Source: Mytilus californianus | Taxonomy: Eukaryota | DNA length: 64,000 bases | Reading direction: 5' to 3' | Assembly (NCBI RefSeq): GCF_021869535.1 | Contig: NW_026262615.1 | Location: 19,096,001 to 19,160,000 of the forward strand | In this document: piece by piece, positions 24,175-34,745 of the stretch | Numbering within the stretch: position 1 is the first letter of the stretch | Layout of the letters: each line of letters starts with the position of its first letter | Position numbers and translations under genes: made by a program | The notes under the pieces: generated by a model | Seen by the model: only the letters and a program-made list of their open reading frames with translations | What the model was told of the DNA's origin: nothing | Database searches by the model: none

Positions 24175-26160
24175 TGTCTGTTAAACTCTGTGAAATTCCT
24201 GCTTGTAAAATCAAAACGGTTACATATTTGTGAAGTGTTTTATCCTCAACATGACATATAATGTATTTCCATGTTATGCAAAAAAGAATGATTCCATGAT
24301 ATCGCTTATCTGATAAAATTCATCGTCACGTGAAATTGCTTCTGATGACCCAATTTATGGAAATAAACTTAGTAGATGCCTGATAGTTTAAAGGATGATA
24401 TTATGCTCTCATTTAAAAGAAATTTTTAAAATTCAAGGTCATTTGTCTTCATTTACCTTTTTTTTTTAAGAATAGCTTGTTCATCATATTAAAAACCGAT
24501 TTGGTTCTAAGAAATATGCGAGTTGCAAATAATTAGGCCTTTGCAAAGGATAAAGTATTTCGTTAATCTCAGTCAAACTTTGTAATTAGGTAGACCAACT
24601 TACATTGTTAATCAGCTAGATGTGTGATATGATACACACAGATATTTGTAATGCTATTTATTTGAGTTTTTATTACCCAGTATCAAAGTATTTGAGCAGC
24701 ATAATAAAGCTTGAACCTTTTTCTCATTTGGAGCATATCAACTTGTTTCATTTAAAACCCGGTTTGTGGTGAATATGTGGTTTTTTTTTTATCTTTAGTT
24801 TTCTGATTTTGATATTTCATTTAGTATCTTAATACTTTATATACTAGTAAGTTATATTTATCCATCCTTTTGTTTCAAAAATGTAAGAAATCGAGGATTT
24901 CAAAGCCACATCATGCAAGTAGCATCCAAGTCAGGTCTGGTACATGTAAACATCTGCTGTATCACTTATGTTTACAACAGTGATTTTAATAGGGGTTTTG
25001 AGACACGTACAGAAAAATAAACCAATGATAGCCAGTAAACACCTTACAAATGCTTGACAAGTGATAATTTTAGACGCTCTTCCTCATAACCATGATGCAG
25101 TAGTTTTTGAGTTGAAAAACAAACTTTATATTATTAAAATAGCCATATACACAAACAGATAATGTAGAGTTATGGCAAATCCATGGGGTAATTGGATCAT
25201 TCTGCACAAGAATCTAAAGTTGAAAATAGGAAAAATGGAATCATAACGCCATAGATCAAACTTTTGTATTATCTTTTTTAAAAAATGGACATTTTACGCT
25301 CAGCAAGCTTCCAACTAAACCTGGACTACAAAAACCGCTTTTTGATACTTTCAATAGTGTTTGCAGTGCTGCCAATTCGCTGTGCATTGGCTTGTTTAAA
25401 CTTGATTTAGATAAAGTAACTTAATTCGTTAAAAAAATACACGAAAGCCAACGAAAAATTAACCGGATGCCTCAGTCTTTTAAAATCCCTCTTCCCTTAC
25501 ACAAAGAACGAGAAAATCATCATAAAAAAATATCAGTACTATGAATATTTAATTTTTTTTATGAAAATTAATATATCATATAAATTAACATTTTTTTTTG
25601 TAAGACTTGGTTTCCATGTTTTATTATTCACAAAATTAATGCTACGTGTTTAAATCAGTTTGCGGGGGCGTCATAAGAACAAAAATTACGTATGCAAGTT
25701 GGACAAAGACTTCTAAGAAATGTATAGCTTTTCAATTTGTTAAAACATGGTGTTGAATATTAGTTATCAATTACAAATATGAAGGATTGATGATGATAGC
25801 ATAGCATATGATTACACACATAAAAGTGCATTGACATATCAACTGTTATTCAAATGTTCGAAACGGAAACTGTGACATTTATTTTCAAAGTGTTAAATTA
25901 TTCTGTTTTAATTTCCGGAAATTGAACGAAACCGTAGTTCCAGATTTCATTACATTTACAAATAGAAAATAAAATCATATCATTTTATCCGTTTAGTCGT
26001 TTACAGTTGACCTTTAAAATCATGCGGCTTTAAGTGTTCAATGAAAAGATTAAAGATGAAAGAAACGAATTGAATGTTCCGGTTTGTAGATTGCAGTGAC
26101 TTTGAGTTGAAACATAGTGTTTATTTCTAAATGTTTAAGTGTTATAAATTAAAGATTTCA

Positions 26161-26181
26161 TCTCTCTCTCTCTCTCTCTCT
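26161..26181 (+). repeat. (TC)10 microsatellite
   Basis: Direct reading. Confidence 0.9.
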
Positions 26182-27610
26182 TTGTATATATTTTAATAGC
26201 AATGGGACAATAAAAACAAACTTAACATTTATCGACTTTTTACTTTATGTTGTTCATTGCCATTTAGAGCTGCTATGTAGTCCAAAATCAGATCAGACAC
26301 TACATCAATAGCTCATGTTTTAATGAATGGCTCACCGTCGTGAGATGTGAAATCTGCCAAAATCTGCTACACATTACATTTAGATGAAAATTAACGTTAA
26401 AACCAAGAACTTTTTTTCTGTGAAGCTTGCATATGTCTTTTTCTATTATTATATGAATTCATTTCTATTTAAAATATACGGAAATAGGTCGCTGAAAAGT
26501 AGTTTTCATCCTAAAGTTGCATTCGAAGTTCCAAAATGTGCAACACGGAAAACTGAGTTCAGGGTTTTGAGAAATCAGAACACTGTGGACGGCTGATTCT
26601 GTGAGCTTGAAACAGATAAATGTAGCGAAAGAACCTTCCTTGTATACATGTTAGGACATATCTACCTAAATGCAAGCAATAAGTTGGAAGCACTTTTTTC
26701 TTCATGTAACGTTCATTAGGACATATTATAAAAGTATTTATGCGTTTAATTTTCAACTTGTTGCCGGAAAACAATTTTTTGGCGAAAAGACTATCCACGG
26801 AAAGAACAATAATTTGGTTCGACCTTGTAAGCATCATGTGTGTTCAGCATACCAGAAATAACTGAATACCTTATTGAAAAAACAATGCAAAGCTGAAATG
26901 TTTAATTGAAAAAATTGTTATGTCTACGTCATTCCTTATTCAATTTATGACATAAGTAAATGGTCGGTACCTTTGATCCGTCTTGAAGTTTATCATTTTG
27001 TAACAATAAAATTGAAGATGAAGCCGATAAAACATAAAAGAGCATTATATTAGTTCAACAAAATTTCGAAAATACGTTGCATTTGTATTGCATTCTAAAG
27101 CGATAAAACTTTATATGATAGCATGTAAAGCTATAAAACGAACATGTAAAGACAGGTGAACGTCTCGATATCAGTAAGTTATTTTTAGGAAATATTCATC
27201 AAATCATGTTTCGTGCTTGTAAAACTTTAATTATAAAGAAATAGTTTACAATTTAGGACAGTGTCCTTCTCCTGCACCTTTAAGGAAGTCATATCATGGA
27301 TTTGGACAAGGAAAGCCTTAATGTTGCCATAAAATTGACTTTGTGATATAACACATCAACTAACTAATGTTTACAATCTAAGATTTGAAAATTTAGTTTG
27401 TCTGCAGTGTCTTTAAGAGTCAATAGTTTCAAAAATAAAAAATACAACAAAAATACCGAACTCCAAGGTAAATTTAAAAAATCCATAAAAAACTGACAAA
27501 ATCAAACGTTAGATTTTGTCAACGGAACGAACGGAAAACAAATGTCATATTCCTGACTTGGTAAAAGCGTTTTTGTTTCCGAAAATAATGATGGGTTAAA
27601 CGTAGTTTTA

Positions 27611-28102
27611 CCTTTTGGAATTTTGGGTCCTCAATTCTCTTCAACTTTGTACTTGTTTGGCTTTATAACTATTTTGATCTGAGCGTCACTGATGTGTCTT
27701 ATGTAGACGAAACGCGCGTCTGGCGTATTAAATTATAAGCCTGGTACCTTTGATAACTATTAACACCACTGCTGTTGGACGTTTCGTCCCCGAGGGTATC
27801 ACCAGCCCAGTAGTCAGCACTTCGGTGATGACATGAATAACAATTATATGGTCATTTTTATACATTTCCTGTTTACAAAAGTATGAATTTTTCGAAATAC
27901 TAAGGATTTTCTTATCCCAGGCATAGATTACCTTACCGTATTTGGCACAACCTTTTGGAATTTTGGGTCCTCAATGCTCTTCAACTTTGTACTTGTTTGG
28001 CTTTATAACTATTTTGATCTGAGCGTTACTGATGAGTCTTATGTAGACGAAACGCGCGTCTGGTGTATTAAATTATAAGCCTGGTACCTTTGATAACTAT
28101 TT
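27611..28102 (+). mobile_element. Family A non-LTR retrozyme: 340-nt monomer between two tandem HHRs
   Basis: HHRs at 27681-27726 (A9U at 27695) and 28021-28066 (core intact). Predicted cleavage after 27720 and 28060 gives 340 nt. 27611-27761 is directly repeated at ~27951-28101. Inserted at a TTTA site within another repeat. Confidence 0.85.
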
Positions 28103-31100
28103 ATGGATAGCTAAAACTCCCACTAGTATGATATTGTTTTTTTGTGAATACATTTTAAAGGAAGTACATCAAATGAAAGGAAAAAATTATAAATAATTAA
28201 AAAAGTAGTATCCAATTAAAGAAAACAAATAATGCTTTGATCTAGTGAACCAAAACAAATTGTTACTTAAAAATAAGTCATGGTTGACGTCCCAGGGATG
28301 ATTGGTATCAGAAAAAAACAGATGACATCAACACGCATGTCATTAAATCCATTATTTTAAAAAAAAAGTTGTTTTTTTTTTTTTTTTTTTTAAATATCAG
28401 AAGTAATACCAAATGTAATAAAACATAATTTGAAATAGTCTGAAGGGTGTATAAAATTCATTGACGATTTATGAGTTTTAAAAGAAGGTTACTCGAGCAC
28501 TGTATAATAAAATGCAATTGCAACTTTTACAAATGTTTTAGGTACAGTAAATCATTTTGGTGTAAATTTTTAACAGCTAGAAATTCTCAAATTCTATTTT
28601 CCGAAATGAGTCGATTCTCAGCCCTTTTGGAAAAGTATCTGTAAATTTATTGTTTAACCATACGTTTGGTCTAGTAGTCCGTACATATATAGATTCTACA
28701 ACTGCATCGAGTGTGATTCAACATTTCTTCACCCAAGACAGTGACATTTTCAAATATATAACACGAATCTTGCCGAGCATTATATATATTCTTTATATAA
28801 CATTCGAGAGTGAGAAATATCGAATTGCACGAAACTATATAATGGAATCAATTGATGTAAATATTATTAGACGTTATTTCAGCAAACTTTATCTTTCTTT
28901 TTCCATGATCTGGAACACATGTGCTCTTTCTGTTTGACATCATTAGTCATAGTTGCGTTTTTTATGACGTCTTAATAGCATTCAGAGAAAAGCAAGCCTA
29001 GGAAATTTGTCATCTTCAATGAAGAACTGATATCAAACGAATTAAACGTTGATTATCAAAAAATATAAACCGTTCGGGGAAAGTATATTTCTACAAAAAT
29101 TGATTAAGCAAACTCAACATTAGACATTTAGAGTTCAATTTTATATTTTGGCTTCAACAGTCTTTGTTCAAGAGGCTTCTCGGATCTCCTCTAAATCATA
29201 CCAATGAGAACTCAAAGATGTTAATCAAATATGCGTCGTGCGCATTGAAATATGTATAATAAGTACATGCAGCGCAATGTGATTTTTTAAGTCATAACGA
29301 AAAAAACGTGTATAAGGGAAGATCAAAATGATATATGTTTTGGGTTTGATCACTCAGCTTACATCTTTTACTTTGAATCTTTTTCGTTTGAGCCATCCTG
29401 CTTGAAGTTAATCCGTAAAGAGCCTCGGACATAACAAATTTATAAAGCGTTATTTTTGTTTAAAAATAATGGTAAAAAATGTGGAAATTATACAAATAAA
29501 AAAAAAAAAAACTCAAGGAAAAGATGAAGTTTATAACGTGGTAGGATTAGCAAAATTATAAAATGAATAAACTGTACTTTTTAAAATTGTCTTGACTACT
29601 GTACGAATTTTATCGATTTTATTTACAATGATATTAATCAATTGAAAGTAATACTAAATTTAGAGATTCAAATATAATTTCAAGTCTGTTTTTTAAATCT
29701 TCTTTTTTTTGTTTTTATTTGTGGAATTTTTAACAATTTATTTTTTGGTGTTCTTTTAAGTTCAGTTTAGTTTTTATTGTTCTCTTTTCGTTTATCTTTT
29801 TCACAAGAAATGCATTGTCAGATACTTGTAAACACTGAAAGTTTAAACCAAAATGGTGATTGTCATATTTGAAATAATAAAAAACATAATAATGATAATA
29901 ATAATAATGATAGTAACAATAATAATGATAAGGTTTAATAAGATCATCCAATACTGTGGGCCATCAATCATTATCGCTCAGCCATGTTAATATTTTTTGT
30001 TACCAATTATTTAGAAAAAATATATATTTTTTATATTAATAAATATTAAGTTTCTACTTTATTATATTTTTTTTTGCTACCTCAAATAAAAAATATATAT
30101 AAATAAATGATGACTAAAATACAGTATGTTTTTAACCTACAAATTCGTTATGAAAGGCAAATTGATTATCAAAGTATATAGCATTTTTTTTATCAGTTTT
30201 CCGCATTTAAACTATGTTGTCTCACACAATTCTATGGTAGCTGATATCACTATCTGCGTTCAGAGGAATCGATAAGTGTTTTTATCGTACATTTCATGGC
30301 CAAAATTTGGATTGTCCATATAAAACAAGAAGGTGTGGTACGATTGCCAGTCGGACAACTAAACACCAAATGACGTAGATGTCAGCATCCATGGCAAATA
30401 TTTCGACTTTTCATTTCAGAAAGTATTTGTTCTTTTGTGTTTGCTTTCGTGATGTCCAGATATAAACAGATACTTTTTAGGAACTAACATACAATGTATG
30501 TACTAAACATAGTTAATTTAACAAAAAAGATGGTAAATTATTACGCGGAAGATGAATGACAAACCGTCTCTAGAGGAAATTGGAATTCCGAATTCCGATA
30601 ATAATACAGGCAAAAACAAAATCAATAAAAAATTAAAATAACAAAAATACCGAACTGCAAGGAAAATTCAAAACGGAAAGTTTTGAACAAATAAAAGTCG
30701 TTTTGTAAATTAAAAGACAGATTTTAAACCAAATACAGTATAAACTTCAATCGAAACCAGGAGTAATATCAGATACTAGTGAAGTATTAGGTAGTCTAAG
30801 CTAGTACTTGAAATGGAATGAGTTTTGTTTATTTTAATGAGAATTAACATTTGATAGGTAAGTTTGAATAATGTACATTCATATCACAGTACATGTAGAA
30901 AGAAGCTTGTACCATTTCAAACGGCAACGATGACCTTGTGAGTTTACAAAATGCAACGATCCAATTACCCCTGCCCTAAAACGTATAGATAACATCAAAA
31001 TCATCATAATATAAAATAATTTTACTGGTATTTATATGAAACGATCGTTTTAATTTCAATTGTCATTTGGGTCATTGTCGGAACTCTGTTTTTTTTTTTT

Positions 31101-32233
31101 ATTTTGCCATTGTGTTGTCTATTTCATTGGTCTTATGGCTTCATTAATATTTGAGGTATACCAATTCTTGTGGATTTTGTGATGCAGGTGAACCAAAAAT
31201 TTAGATATTCCACATTTTCTACAGGCTTTTGCGCAGACTTTAGCAAAACCCCGAAATCATATATCCATGAAAATGTTTGTTTTCCTCAATCCATGAAAAT
31301 AATACACAGTACTTTAGTTTCCATCCATTGTCCACAATAAGAATCAAGGTCATAACAAGTATGTAATTTGATTTGGTTTTCATTATGTATTGCATGATAG
31401 TTGGAAAAAATACTTTGATGACATTTCTATTTAATTTTCTCATGAGAATTATCGCCGCGTAGTGATATAATCGTTCTTTGTTTATATATCCAGCGCAAAT
31501 TATCATTTCTAAAGGGTTATTATTCTTCGTTATGTACGTACCTGTCACCTAGACATTGTGTTTGCTCAAATTCACAAATGTCAGCCTTCAAGCAAACGTG
31601 CCGTAGTTTATGTAATGCTGTTAATCTCATTTTGCGATCAGAATTGAAAAATGCGGTGAAATAAATTATCTTCACAACAAAAGAATTAATCTAAGTAAAT
31701 ATTTTTTCTAAGATAAATGTCATTGCAGATTAGTTTGAAGGTTTGTCTTAATGTTGACTTTCAAACACCGAAAACCTATCAAATCTCTTATTTCAGACAT
31801 TAAACGAAAAAGTGTTTGCTATTTCTTGAATAAATTAAATAATTTCTCAACAGAACAAAAATGGTGCTAAAATTTCTCCTCACTCGATTGAAAAGTCGCA
31901 TTTCATAAATATCTGAATTTGTAACCTTTTAGATGAAACTATCAATCCAAAAGCGAATAACCCTACATAAGAAGGTTTCCACAATTATGTTATAATCTGA
32001 TTTTTTTGGTTTGAAAAAGGAGATGTGGTACGATTACCAATAAGACAATCCACCAGAGTTCAATTGACGTAGATGTTAGCAACTATAGGCCGTCAAACGG
32101 CCTTCAACAATGAACAACAACTATACCGCATAGAATGTCATACAAGCCTGTAATAACAAAATGTTAAAGAATACAAATGAGACAACCAACGGCCTGATTT
32201 ATGTATACAAGACGAAAAACAAATATGATATAC
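27795..32233 (+). repeat. Tandem segmental duplication, copy 1 (~4.4 kb)
   Basis: Colinear with 32234-37220 throughout; about 11 differences in a ~190-nt block compared by eye. Junction ...TATGATATAC|GGTATACAGCCCAG at 32233/32234. Confidence 0.92.
28021..28066 (+). ncRNA. Minimal type I hammerhead ribozyme, family A (intact core, G-U-rich stem I)
   Basis: GAGCGTTA CTGATGA GTCT-TATGT-AGAC GAAA CGCGCG T C TGGTGT. Confidence 0.8.
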
Positions 32234-32541
32234 GGTATACAGCCCAGTAGTCAGCACTTCGGTGATGACATGAATAACAATTATATGGTCATTTTTAAAC
32301 ATTTCCTGTTTACAAAAGTATGAATTTTTTCGAAATACTAAGGATTTTTTTATCCCAGGCATAGATTACCTTAGCCGTATTTGGCACAACCTTTTGGAAT
32401 TTTGGGTCCTCAATGCTCTTCAACTTTGTACTTGTTTGGCTTTATAACTATTTTGATCTGAGCGTTACTGATGAGTCTTATGTAGACAAAACGCGCGTCT
32501 GGCGTATTAAATTATAAGCCTGGTACCTTTGATAACTATTT
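32234..32541 (+). mobile_element. Duplicated partial family A retrozyme; HHR 32460-32505 carries G12A
   Basis: Near-identical to 27795-28102; GAC-AAAA-CGCGCGTC instead of GAC-GAAA-CGCGCGTC (A at 32488). Confidence 0.8.
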
Positions 32542-34689
32542 ATAGATAGATAAAACTCCTACTAGTATGATATTGTTATTTTGTGAATACATTTTAGATG
32601 AAGTACATCAAATGAAGGGAAAAAATTATAAATAATTGAAAAAGTAGTATCCAATTAAAGAAAACAAATAATACTTTGATCTAGTGAACCAAAACAAATT
32701 GTTACTTAAAAATAAGTCATCGTTGACGTCCAAGGGATGATTGGTATCAGAAAAAAACAGATGACATCTACACGCATGTCATTAAATCCATTATTTTAAA
32801 AAAAAAGTGTTTTTTTTTTTTTTTTTTTTTTTAAATATCAGAAGTAATACCAAATGTAATAAAACATAATTTAGAATAGTCTGAAGGGTGTATAAAATTC
32901 ATTGACGATTTATGAGTTTTAAAAGAAGGTTACTCGAGCACTACTGTATAATGAAATGCAATTGCAACTTTTACAAATGTTTTAGGTACAGTAAATCATT
33001 TTGGTGAAAATTTTTAACAGCTAGAAATTCTCAAATTCTATTTTCCGAAATGAGTCGATTCTCAGCCCTTTTGGAAAAGTATCTGTAAATTTATTGTTTA
33101 ACCATACGTTTGGTCTAGTAGCCCGTACAGATATCGATTCTACAACTGCATCGAGTGTGATTCAACATTTTTACACTCAAGACAGTGACATTTTCAAATA
33201 AATAACACGAATCTTGCCGAGCATTATATATATTCTTTATATAACATTCGAGAGTGAGAAATATCGAATTGCACGAAACTTAATGATGGAATCAATTGAT
33301 GTAAAGATTGTTAGACGTTATTTCAGCAAACTTTATCTTTCTTTTTCAATGATCTGGAAACACATGTGCTCTTTCTGTTTGACATCATTAGTCATAGTTG
33401 CGTTTTTTTATGGCGTTTTAATAGCATTCAGAGAAAAGCAAGCCTAGGAAATTTGTCATCTTCAATGAAGAACTGATATCAAACGAATTAAACGTTGATT
33501 ATCAAAAAATATAAACCGTTCGGGGAAAGTATATTTCTACAAAAATTGATTAAGCAAACTCAACATTAGACGTTTAGAGTTCAAGTTTATATTTTGGATT
33601 CAACAGTCTTTGTTCACGAGGCTTCTCGGATCTCCTCTAAATCATACCAATGAGAACTTTCTAAGAAACTTGTCGCCGCATGGATGCTGAAATTAGTTTC
33701 ACATTCTCTTATGTCTACAAATACATTGTTATTGGTGCTGGTGAACTTAAGTACCCTTAGGTAGCATCAACCCAGGAGGCATTGAGTGCTGCGATATCAA
33801 CTTAATTCAAATGAGACAAAAATTTTCAATAAAATGTATTTGTTACTTGCATGTTCTAAGACTACGGTTTCGACTCTAAGTCAGAATCAAAATTGACTTT
33901 AAGTTGTTTTGAATTATTTGTTAAGACCCATGTTGTACTTATGATTCTAAATAATTTATGCATTTGGCTTACCAAACGTTTGTTCTCAGATGAGAACCTT
34001 TTCAATGATGTTAATCAAATATGCGTCGGTCGCATTGAAATATGTATCATAAGTACATGCAGCGCAATGTGATTTTTTAAGTCATAACGAACAAACGTGT
34101 ATAAGGGAAGATCAAAATGATATATGTTTTGGGTTTGAACACCCAGCTTACATCGTTTGCTTTGAATCTTTTTCGTTTGAGCCATCCTGCTTGAAGTTAA
34201 TCCGTAAAGAGCCTCGGACATACCAAATTTATAAAGCGTTATTTTTGTTTAAAAATAATGGTAAAAAATGTGGATATTATACAAATAAAAAAAAAAAAAA
34301 AAAAATCAAGGAAAAGATGAAGTTTATAACGTGGTAGGATTAGCAAAATTATGAAATTAATAAACTGTACTTTTTAAAATTGTCTTATAAGTTATTGACT
34401 ACTGTACGAATTTTATCGATTTTATTTACAATGATATTAATCAATTGAAAGTAATACTAAATTTAGAGATTCAAACATAGTTTCAAGTTTGGTTTTCAAA
34501 TCTTCTTTGTTTTGTTTTTATTTGTGGAATTTTTAACAATTTATTTTTTGGTGTTCTTTTAAGTTCAGTTTAGTTTTTATTGTTCTCTTTTTGTTTATCT
34601 TTTTCACAAGAAATGCATTGTCAGGTACTTGTAAACACTGAAAGTTTAAATCAAAATGGTGATTTTCATATTTGAAATAATAAAAAAAA

Positions 34690-34724
<35 letters not shown>

Positions 34725-34745
34725 TAGTAACAATAATAATGATAA
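34690..34745 (+). repeat. (TAA)n microsatellite; interrupted counterpart at 29885-29930
   Basis: Direct reading; purer and longer in duplication copy 2. Confidence 0.9.

Noticed and set aside
27771-27810. Minus-strand CTGGTGA...GACGAAACGTC as an antisense hammerhead
   Set aside because: The core has A6G, no stem II closes correctly, and the would-be stem I overlaps the core. It is better explained as the complement of a plus-strand hairpin.
29205-29250. ATGCGTCGTGCGCATT as a further hammerhead remnant (also ~34020)
   Set aside because: Only a stem III/stem I-like piece remains; no CUGANGA or GAAA core is recognisable.
29730-29951. Tyr/His-rich ORF and Leu-rich counterpart 34533-34733
   Set aside because: Translations of (TAA)n microsatellites.
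31240-31548. ORF 31240-31548 and its paralogue 36212-36415 as a duplicated gene
   Set aside because: Start and length differ between copies, there is no recognisable domain, and the frame is not kept in the third copy at 39050.
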